A program made the translations under genes and the position numbers. A stretch of 64,000 nucleotides of DNA from positions 64,001 through 128,000 of the forward strand of contig CALSSJ010000017.1 in assembly GCA_943788985.1 (NCBI GenBank). The letters are read 5' to 3'. Below are positions 22,530 to 31,196 of the stretch, piece by piece (position 1 is the stretch's first letter; each line of letters begins with the position of its first letter). Source of the stretch: an uncultured Lentisphaerales bacterium (GTDB taxonomy: Bacteria; Verrucomicrobiota; Lentisphaeria; JABSQK01; UBA12247). The notes beneath the pieces are model-generated. The model did no database searches. It saw nothing but the letters and a program-made list of their open reading frames with translations, and was not told where the DNA came from.

Positions 22530-24288
22530 TCATGCGACCCGCGATTCCATGCTCTGGTGGCGCAGAAGTTCGGCGTACTCGCCACCGTCCCGGATGGCCA
22601 ACTCATCATGCGTGCCCTTCTCCACGATGCGACCATCGCGAAAAACCAGAATGATATCTGCATCACGGATGGTGCTGAGTCGGTGGGCAATGACGACGGT
22701 GGTCACTTGGCCCGTGAGTACCTCGATAGCCCCTTGGACAAGGCGCTCTGAAACAGAGTCCAAGGCGCTGGTGGCCTCGTCCAACACGAGAATGGATGGT
22801 TCTCGCAAAATGGCGCGCGCCAGAGCAATGCGCTGGCGCTGACCGCCGGAAAGCAGGACACCGCCTTCGCCGCACTGAGAGTCATAGCCGTCCTTTAGCT
22901 CCAGGATGAAATCGTGGGCATGGGCACGGCGCGCCGCTTCAACCACCTTGGCCTGTGGGACATCGCCATAGGCATGCACAATATTCTCTAGGATCGTCCC
23001 ACTGAACAGGATTGGGTCTTGATTCACTACCGCAATCTGGCGCCGCACACTCCTCATGTTCAATTCGTTCACGGGGAAGCCATCGATCGAGATGACGCCG
23101 TCATTTGTCCGGTAGAGACCGAGCATCAGATTCACGAACGTGCTCTTGCCAGCGCCCGACTGCCCAACCAAGGCAACCGTGGTGCCAGCGGGGATCTTCA
23201 GGTCAAGGTCCATCACCGCGCACTTGCCTTCGTCATAAGCAAACGAGACATGATCAAAGCCGATCTCTCCGCGAACCGTGTCAAGGCAGCGCTTGCCTTG
23301 ATTGTATTCTACGTCCGGAGACTCAAGCACTTCGCGGATGGAGCTGGTGGCTTCGGCGAACGCCGTGAGCGTGGGAAAGACGTTTACGATCTGGACGAAG
23401 TTGTTTCGAATCATGCCGACGTAAGTCACGAACAACATCATCTCGCCGATGGTCAGCGCGCCATCAATCACTTTTGCGGCGGCAAAGCCGAGGACAAGAA
23501 TGTGAAAGCCGATATTGGTGGATTTCACCAGTGCGCTGAACAGCCCTACCTGGGCCTCGGCTTCGGTGGATTTCTCGACAACTTCAGCGCTGATGTTGTC
23601 GACCCTTCCGACGCTCGAAGCCTTCGTGGCCGTGGAGGCGGGCTAGTAGCGATGTCTGCAAGAAGGTGGATACCGAGGAACTGAGGTCTTCTCGAGCCAG
23701 ACGCTCGAAGTGGCGGCTCCGTCGCACGCTGCCCTTGAAGATCTTAACGAAGAACAACAAGACCGGGAAAATAACAAGAAACATCAACAGGACACGAGCA
23801 TTCACGAAGCAAAGCACGCCGACTAGGACACCAAGCATGACGATGGCATTGAAGACGTTGTTCACGAAAACGTTCGCGAACTGCTCCGTGCGGTCGACAT
23901 CCACCATGATTTTGGAGTAGTAGCGCCCGCTGTCTTTGGAGTAGAAATAGGTCAGAGACAGCGTTTGTAGACGGCTTACAATCTTATTTCTCAGGTCACG
24001 CGAGACCTCTTTAATCACCCGCACAAAGATCGCTCGTTGCGCAGTGGCAAAGAGCACATTCAAGGCTAAAAGGACCGCCATAATGCCAATCACGGCCAAA
24101 ATCCCCCGCTTGTCTTGGGCCGGGATGTAGTGGTCGACCACCACCTTCACCAAAACGGGCATGGCCAGCTGCGGCAACATCGTGTAGATCTGAAACGCCA
24201 GCGACCAGACAGTGGGCCTGACGTGCCCGCCAAAAAAGCTGCAATAGAAGCATACCGCTTCGCCAAAGCTGGCTTTTTCCTTTGCCAC
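22530..24288 (-). CDS. ABC exporter, fused permease/ATP-binding protein, one frameshift
   Basis: TM domain; Walker A GQSGAGKST; LSGGQRQR; LDEATSALD; IAHRLST. Extra base at 23603-23605. Confidence 0.9.
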
Positions 24289-24291
24289 CGG

Positions 24292-25488
24292 CTACCTCTT
24301 ACCCACTAAAAGCATGATGGCGGATTGCTGGCCGACCTGGATCTCGCAGAGCGCACCGCTCCCAACCCGAAGTACATCATGCCCCTCAGTGATGACGATC
24401 GAAACGTCATAAAAGATCTCGGTACCATCGTACACCCCGTGGGTGGCGACAAAGTGAACCTTGCCGCGGTAAATCTCGTGGCGCAAATAGTTGTACAGGT
24501 CTGATTTGATCAGTGCGGACTGGCCTAGCTTGATCTCGCTGAAGCGTGATTCTGGGACTCGGCATTTGATCAGCTTCGGCTCGTTTCCTGACAGGGTGAT
24601 TAGATCTGTGCCGATCTCGACACGCTGGCTGGTAGAGGCTTGAATGCCCACGACGCGACCGCTGAACGGCGCACGAATCGTCAGTCGTTGCTGGCTAACT
24701 TTGAGCGCGCTCAGCTCAAGTCTCGCTTGCACCAGTTGGTGCTTCAGGCTCCGCTGCTGCCGAGCCACCTGCGCCTCCACCTCGGCGATGTTGGCTGCTG
24801 TGTCATGGTGCTGATAAACCAGATCCCTCAGCTGATCCCGAAGCCTCTGGGCAACGGTCTCCGCAGCCAGTTCCGCACGCCGCAGGTTTAGCCGAGCGGC
24901 CTCGAGCTTGCTGCCAGAGATCACTCCCTCCTCTTCAAGCGACTCGACACGCACCAGCTCTTGGTGCCGGTGTTCCACCTCCAGGCTCGCCTGGGCCAAC
25001 GCAGAGCTAGCCGGCATTAGGCCATCAGGCAGCGTGCCTGTGGCTGTTGTTTCCGCCAGCACCTCAGTGATGTCAGCCGTTGGCAGTAGTGACCTCAGCT
25101 GATCCTTCTGGTAGGCGTTCTCCGCGCGGAACTGCGCAAGAGCGAGCCTCGGTGCAGCCTGCTCGTCTGACAACGCTGCAAGTTTTTCCTGGTAGTGTCT
25201 GAGTTCCTGCTCAAGGCTAGAGATTTGAGCTGCGAGCCCCTGAAGATCGGCCAGGATAATCAAGGGCTGGTCGTGTTCTACGTCCCCCCCGTCTTCGACC
25301 AGAATTTCGCGAACCATCACATCCTTCATGGGCGAGCCAACCGTCACTTGGTCAGCTGACTCCACCACCCCGCGCACAATGACTCGCTCCTCTACTTGGA
25401 AGAGAAGCAGAAAGCCAACTCCCACCGGTACGAGGACAACAGCCATAATTTTGGCGAAGAGATATGACGACGGGGACTGATCACTCAC
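24292..25488 (-). CDS. HlyD family membrane fusion (periplasmic adaptor) protein
   Basis: N-terminal TM helix, lipoyl half-motifs (ILVEDGGDV, IRAPFSGRV), long coiled coil; ends 3 bp before the ABC gene. Start position uncertain. Confidence 0.85.
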   Translation of the reverse strand: MSDQSPSSYLFAKIMAVVLVPVGVGFLLLFQVEERVIVRGVVESADQVTVGSPMKDVMVREILVEDGGDVEHDQPLIILADLQGLAAQISSLEQELRHYQEKLAALSDEQAAPRLALAQFRAENAYQKDQLRSLLPTADITEVLAETTATGTLPDGLMPASSALAQASLEVEHRHQELVRVESLEEEGVISGSKLEAARLNLRRAELAAETVAQRLRDQLRDLVYQHHDTAANIAEVEAQVARQQRSLKHQLVQARLELSALKVSQQRLTIRAPFSGRVVGIQASTSQRVEIGTDLITLSGNEPKLIKCRVPESRFSEIKLGQSALIKSDLYNYLRHEIYRGKVHFVATHGVYDGTEIFYDVSIVITEGHDVLRVGSGALCEIQVGQQSAIMLLVGKR

Positions 25489-25829
25489 AAGAACGGCAAA
25501 ACCGGTGCAACTGCACGGGGCAGTTTTGCCAAAGGACCTTCTACAAATACGTTGTTGGCGGCGACTGGGCAGATTTGCAAGGGATCCCGAGAGTCCGTGA
25601 ATCTGCCGCCAGAAACGGGCGATAGCTCTGTTTATTATCACCTCAGCAGGATGAATGCAAGCGGTGGGCGCTAAAACCGATGCATTAGAAGATCGCTTCC
25701 GCTGACAAAAGACCGACGATAGGTTTCCTAGCCTGTGGCTTGGTCGAGACAAGATCGAAAAAAAATAAAAAATGTGTGACACACTGCGGTTGAGGGCAGC
25801 TTTTATCCGGGCTCTCCGGACGAGCTGCG

Positions 25830-26307
25830 ATCAGCGGTCAATACGATCCTGCAGATCGACGGCCCCACCCTGGTGGCGTTTCCTCACGAGAACGCCCTGA
25901 ATGGCCAGGATTGCTACAAGACCATATCCACGGATTATGGTGAATACTGGAGTGATCCTATCCGCTTCCCCATACCGGTCTGTCACCGGCCTGTCGCGGA
26001 ACTCCTGCAGGATGGCCGTATCCTGATCACCTATCGGTACCTGCAGGGCGACGGAGGAACCGAATAGCTGGGGATCCGGGCGCAAAACTTTATGGCGGCC
26101 CTGACCAATGATGCCTCAGCGTTGGCCTATGACCGGAAGATGGCCGCCACCCGCATCCTAGCGATTGACTACGACCGTTCTCCGGTCGCCGATCTCGGAT
26201 ATTCCGGCTGGGTTCAGTTCGATGACGGCGAAATCTACATCGTCTACGATGCTCCCAAGGGGCAGATCCGAGGGTGTTCTCTACAGCCCACCGAGTTCGT
26301 CCTATAA
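25830..26307 (+). pseudogene. Sialidase/BNR (Asp-box) protein C-terminal remnant
   Basis: Asp-box STDYGEYW, LQDGRILITYR and DLGYSGWVQFDDGEIYIVY. In-frame TAG at 26065; N-terminus missing. Confidence 0.72.
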
Positions 26308-27071
26308 CCTATGACTGTATGGTAGTTTCACGTCCATCATGCGAATTAACAGGGAGCGGAATCTCTTTCAATCTCGCTGGCGCGCGTGCAGCCGCCGGTC
26401 GGGATAGGCAGAATAGGGGTAGGGACGACGCATTGGGTTGCTTCAGACCGTGCGTGTCAGGAAAGCCAGATGTTTAGCGGTGCTGCGGGTTGTAAAAGCT
26501 CACTGAAACCCGTGTTGACGGTCACCCCTAAAGACATTGTCAGGCGAATACGGGTATTCTCGCCACACCGCCTCAGGTTGGGTATTCCACAAGCACCGAT
26601 CTCGAGTGACTGAAGCGAAGTCGTGACCTTGCCATGAGTTTGCGATATCGCGGAAATGAATGTGGCACGTTTCAGCCCCAGGTAAAACGCCGTGCCAGTG
26701 ACTCAACGGTATCGATATCGCGAAATCAAGACCTGGATTTCGGAAGAGGCCGGGTCTGAAGCGTCACGCCGCGGCGCCCTATTTCGCAGATGACGCCAAG
26801 CGCAAGCAGCGGGAGACCGCCGATAAAGAGCATCGTTTTCACCCTCGAAATGGCCTCCGTGTCGACTCACTGTCCATGCTAGGAGCGTCGCCCGACTTCA
26901 ACATCATGGCCAAGGGATGGCCATGGCCGCCAAGAGTAACAGAAAGCCAACCGGCTGGCAAGCGACAATAGTTCGTCATCAGGATAGATTCGGGTGCTTG
27001 GTCCCTTACTTGTCTCCGTTCGGGTTCGTTCAGGTTCGTTGTAAAGAATTGTGCGTCGTGTAGCTTTCGCT

Positions 27072-28085
27072 ATGCAGACCAAATCACAGCCTCCGCAACC
27101 CGCGCTAGCGCTCATCGCTTTTGTGCTCCTCACAGGATCAGCCCTGTTCGGTGTTCTGGCTCTGGCCATGCGGTACTTGCCGTATGAGGTGACGATGGCG
27201 TTCAAGATGCCGGAGAGTGGCGGCAGCGATCGCGGTGGGGGACGCTCGAAGCTGGATCGGCTGTTTCGCACGCGAGGCGGCGTGCACGCGCTTCGAGACA
27301 CCATGCCCAAGAGTGCGCTGGACGCCGTCAAAAGCCAGCAAAGTGCGCGAGAGCGCGGAGCTGGCGAGGGCCTTCCACTTACGGTCTCGTCAAAGCAGCA
27401 GGCGCTATTTCGGCAAGCGCACATGGCGCACCAGTTGCTGGTGCGTAATTTTGGCGAGCCGCTGCACAAGGCATCTGCGGACTTGGCACGGGTCCCAGTC
27501 AAGGCCGATGCCAAGTTTATGCCCTATGAGACGGGGCGCTTCTCGAATGATTTGCTGTGGATGAATCTGGCGCATGAACAGAGCCCGCCGGTGATTGAGG
27601 AATTGCACGTCAAGAGCCGCTGGTTGGTGGGACAGGACGAAGCATTTTTCGAAGATCTGTTTCATGCGGGCCTGGGGACTCTGAACGGGGGGGATGCGAA
27701 GTCCGCAATCGACTTTCTGCATCTGGCGCAGCAGGCCTGGCCGGTGACGGACCGCTCCTATGGGTCTGTCCATCTGGCGCTGGTTTCGGCCTACGCCGTG
27801 GATAATCAACTGGATCCTGTGGTGACGGGTATGGAAGACTTCAAGGAGGTCTATCCTGACTGGATGTACATCGAGCTTTTCGCTAAGGATCTGGAGGAGT
27901 TTCATGACGTCTACGGGGACATCGGGGCGCTTTATGTGCTGCGTGCCCGACTGTCGCAGCTGGTGCATGATGACCGAACGGCGTCTGAGTTGTATGAGAA
28001 GGCGTTTCGCGCCGGGCTGACGGGCGACAGTGTCCAAGAAGTCAGAGAGTGGCAGGCCGCGGCAAAATCGAGTAGCCCAAAATGA
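27072..28085 (+). CDS. Hypothetical membrane-anchored protein with TPR-like helices
   Basis: Single N-terminal TM helix; helical C-terminus; ATGA overlap with the next gene. Confidence 0.65.
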   Translation: MQTKSQPPQPALALIAFVLLTGSALFGVLALAMRYLPYEVTMAFKMPESGGSDRGGGRSKLDRLFRTRGGVHALRDTMPKSALDAVKSQQSARERGAGEGLPLTVSSKQQALFRQAHMAHQLLVRNFGEPLHKASADLARVPVKADAKFMPYETGRFSNDLLWMNLAHEQSPPVIEELHVKSRWLVGQDEAFFEDLFHAGLGTLNGGDAKSAIDFLHLAQQAWPVTDRSYGSVHLALVSAYAVDNQLDPVVTGMEDFKEVYPDWMYIELFAKDLEEFHDVYGDIGALYVLRARLSQLVHDDRTASELYEKAFRAGLTGDSVQEVREWQAAAKSSSPK

Positions 28086-28777
28086 CTTTTCTCCTCGCTT
28101 CCGGCTGGACCACCCTCCTCTACTTTGGTTTCTTTGTGCGCTCCAAATACCGGACGGTCAAACCGCCGTATGAGCGTTTTGTGCTCTTCGCAATGGCTGG
28201 CATGCTGTCGACGATTCCTGCGGCCTATTTTAACGCACGGGTGTTGAATGATACCGCGCTGAACTTCTTCGAGACCCCAGACATCAGAATGGGAGTACTG
28301 GGGGTATTTCTGGCGCCGGGACTTGGGGAAGAGTTTTGGAAGATGGCGGCTGGTTTGCTCGTGGTTAGCTGCCTAAATCGGCGGAGTCGCCCGGTGCAGC
28401 CCGCGGAGTGCGTGCTGGGCTTTGCCGTGGTTGGGATGGCGTTCGCGGTAATCGAGAACATCTGGAGCTATGGGGACGGGGGGGCTGCCTATCTGCTGCT
28501 GCGCGGTTTGATCGCCGTGCCGCTGCACACGTCTATGTGCATGCTGCATGGCGTGGGGGTGCTGCTGTACTGGAAAAGGCGCCGCGCCTGGCCGCTCTAT
28601 GTGTTTTATCTCACAACGGCGCTGCTGCACGGCCTCTGGGATGTGGCGAGTATCTACGGCAGCAGTGTGCGCGAGATCTGGCTGCCGCTGAGCGTGATCG
28701 CGGTCTACACGCTGGCGATCAGCGTGTGGTGCGCTGTGCCGGAGCGCCAAGCGCAACCGCAAGGGCTTTCCGCGTAG
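28082..28777 (+). CDS. PrsW family glutamic-type intramembrane protease
   Basis: PGLGEEFWK, FAVIEN, AVPLH and LHGLWD motifs. Confidence 0.87.
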   Translation: MTFLLASGWTTLLYFGFFVRSKYRTVKPPYERFVLFAMAGMLSTIPAAYFNARVLNDTALNFFETPDIRMGVLGVFLAPGLGEEFWKMAAGLLVVSCLNRRSRPVQPAECVLGFAVVGMAFAVIENIWSYGDGGAAYLLLRGLIAVPLHTSMCMLHGVGVLLYWKRRRAWPLYVFYLTTALLHGLWDVASIYGSSVREIWLPLSVIAVYTLAISVWCAVPERQAQPQGLSA

Positions 28778-29762
28778 CACGATCGCAGGCTAGGTCCTCG
28801 AGTTCGTCAACGGGCACCCAGCGATGCGGCTTAGCGACGGCTGCGAACTCCGCAAAACCTTGAAGAACGGAAAGTGTCAGCCGAAAGTGGGTGTAGACAT
28901 GGACGACTGCCTGAAGCTCTTCGCTGCGTTGCAGGGCGATTCCAAGGGCGGCAAGCGCCTCGCTCAAGCTGGTTTGATCTGCTGCGGTAGGCAGCTCCCA
29001 GAGTCCGCCCAGAAAACCATCGGTGGGCCGCTGGTGCATCAATACGCCTTGGTCTGTCGCTAGACACACCGCAACCTTCTCGCGCTCCGGAGACGGTGGC
29101 CGCTTTGGCAGATTCGGCAATTGCTCGACGGTGCCTTCTTCGAAAGCAACACACCAGGTCCGACAGGGGCAGGACAGGCACGCGGGCGAGCGCGGGGTAC
29201 AGACGAGCGCCCCGATCTCCATGATCGCCTGATTAAAGGCGTTGGCGCAGTTTTCTTGGATGGCTGGCAAGAGTTGCTGACGCAGTGCGCGTTTTGCCTT
29301 CGGCCGAGTGAGGTCTTCGGCGAGTCCTAAGAGCCGTGAGCTGACGCGAATGACGTTTCCGTCGATGACTGGTTCAGGCTCGCCAAAACAGATGCTGGCG
29401 ATGGCCGCAGATGTGTAATCGCCGATTCCTTTGAGTTTACGGAGTTCGCAAGCGCTCCGAGGGAACTCGCCCAAGTCGCTGACTTGGCGGGCGGCGGCGT
29501 GGAGATTACGCGCGCGAGAGTAGTAGCCCAGCCCTTCCCAGGCCTTGAGCACATCATCGAGCGGTGCCTCAGCCAGGGCCTGCAGCGTTGGGAAGCGGGC
29601 CATGAAGCGCTCGTAGTAGGGAATAGCGGCCACGACGCGGGTCTGCTGCAGCATGATCTCGCTCACCCATACTCGGTAGGGATCGCGCGTCTGCCGCCAT
29701 GGCAAGTCTCTGCCTTCGCGCCGATACCAATCCACCAGGGCGGCTGCCCATTCTGTTGCCAT
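28719..29762 (-). CDS. mutY: A/G-specific adenine glycosylase
   Basis: RDLPWR, VSEIMLQQT, WEGLGYYSRARNL, HhH LKGIG, DGNVIRV and Fe-S CxxxxxxCxxCxxxxxC. Confidence 0.95.
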   Translation of the reverse strand: MATEWAAALVDWYRREGRDLPWRQTRDPYRVWVSEIMLQQTRVVAAIPYYERFMARFPTLQALAEAPLDDVLKAWEGLGYYSRARNLHAAARQVSDLGEFPRSACELRKLKGIGDYTSAAIASICFGEPEPVIDGNVIRVSSRLLGLAEDLTRPKAKRALRQQLLPAIQENCANAFNQAIMEIGALVCTPRSPACLSCPCRTWCVAFEEGTVEQLPNLPKRPPSPEREKVAVCLATDQGVLMHQRPTDGFLGGLWELPTAADQTSLSEALAALGIALQRSEELQAVVHVYTHFRLTLSVLQGFAEFAAVAKPHRWVPVDELEDLACDRATRKALAVALGAPAQRTTR

Positions 29763-29898
29763 TTTTGTACTTCCCGACTGTGCTCTGACAATTTCGTGAC
29801 AACTGGAGGGCCTTTCCGAGGCAAGCTTCATCTTGGCATCGTTTCTGCATAGGTCCAATTGGACGAGGTCGATTTACCTAAATGAACCGAGATTGACC

Positions 29899-31170
29899 AT
29901 GGTTGGAAGACGAATGATTATTATTGCCCGGGCAGATCCGATTATCTGCAGGCACGCGGCAGAAGCGCGCAACTTGGCGGAGGCAGCGCTGCAGGGCGGA
30001 TTCGAGCAGGTGCGGATTGTGACCTGGCCACTGGCTACGATTCTGGAAAGCACCCTGCCCTGCAAGCAACTATCGCGCATTTCTCCGTACTCGGAAGGGA
30101 TCGTGGTGGACCGGCCCGAGGCCTTGGCTGGCAGCCAAGTGCTGGACGGCCGCCTGCTGCAAGCGATGACCGGGCACGTGAGCGAGATGCTGATGGATGG
30201 CGTACCGACCACTATCGTGTCGCTTTATCTGGTGCCACATGCCCAGGTGGCGGTAGATGCGGTGCAGTCGGTGCGGCGCTCGGGCGTGCAGCCTGATGTG
30301 CACACAATCGCGGAAGCAGTCGGATCTGATGTCACCGGCATCGTCCGCTGTGCGCTGGCAAGCGGGCATTTCGGGGCAGCACAACAAGTGCTGGGGACAT
30401 TCCTGGCCAATGATTGTCCGGTGGCGGTCTCTGAGTATACGCGCTCGATCATTATCGACCACGCGACGGAGGTCGATCATGCGCTGGGTACGCACTATGC
30501 CCCGCAGATGGGCGCCCGCCTGCGCGTGAGCTACCCCGCGATTGATACGGCTTCGTTTATCAACGCGGAAAGCAACCGGGATTTGATCAGCCAGACGCTG
30601 GCTCGCTACCGATTGTTGGAGGGCAAGTTCATCCTGTTTCTATCGCGGGTATTGGAGGCCAAGGGAGTCGCCGACCTGATCGAGGGCTATCGCCGCAGTA
30701 AACTGTATGGCATGGTCCCGTTGGTGATCGCCGGGACAGGGGACTTTCTGGAACAGGCACAGGCACTGGCCACCGGCGACGAGCAGACGATCATGTTTCT
30801 GGGTGCGGTGGATGAGCAGGAGAAGCGGGCGTTGATGCACGGCTGCGGGGCGTTTGCGCTTCCCACTAAATCTCTGCCTGACTGTACGGCGACATTCGCC
30901 GTAGCGATCGCCGAGAAGATGCTCTCCGGCGGCAGCGGCCCGGTGATCACGACGCGCGTGGGTGGCGCCTGCGAGGCCACGGGCGATCACTGTCTTTATG
31001 TGAGCCCGGGAAGACCAGACGAGATCGCGGCGAGTCTAGAGCGGGCGCTCCTCCTGATGTCGCTGGATGCAAGACGTGAATTGAGTGAGAGCGCCCGCAG
31101 CTATGCGATGCAGTTCGATTGTGCCCGGGTGCTAAATAATCTGCTGGGGACTCTGCTGCGAGCAGCCTGA
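29899..31170 (+). CDS. Glycosyltransferase, GT-B/GT4-like
   Basis: RADPIIC...EARNLAE, AVGSDVT, LFLSRV, KGVADLI, LVIAGTG and VITTRVGG. Confidence 0.8.
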   Translation: MVGRRMIIIARADPIICRHAAEARNLAEAALQGGFEQVRIVTWPLATILESTLPCKQLSRISPYSEGIVVDRPEALAGSQVLDGRLLQAMTGHVSEMLMDGVPTTIVSLYLVPHAQVAVDAVQSVRRSGVQPDVHTIAEAVGSDVTGIVRCALASGHFGAAQQVLGTFLANDCPVAVSEYTRSIIIDHATEVDHALGTHYAPQMGARLRVSYPAIDTASFINAESNRDLISQTLARYRLLEGKFILFLSRVLEAKGVADLIEGYRRSKLYGMVPLVIAGTGDFLEQAQALATGDEQTIMFLGAVDEQEKRALMHGCGAFALPTKSLPDCTATFAVAIAEKMLSGGSGPVITTRVGGACEATGDHCLYVSPGRPDEIAASLERALLLMSLDARRELSESARSYAMQFDCARVLNNLLGTLLRAA

Positions 31171-31196
31171 AGCACGGTCAAGCTCAAGGACTCAGG

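Noticed and set aside
22682..22695. GGTGGGCAATGACG, similar to the tRNA-Val 3' end (possible att site)
   Set aside because: Short, mismatched and encodes the conserved VIAH motif of the ABC ATPase.
26310..27050. Long intergenic stretch as a candidate ncRNA or riboswitch
   Set aside because: Only weak hairpins and no recognisable motif; more likely decayed coding sequence.
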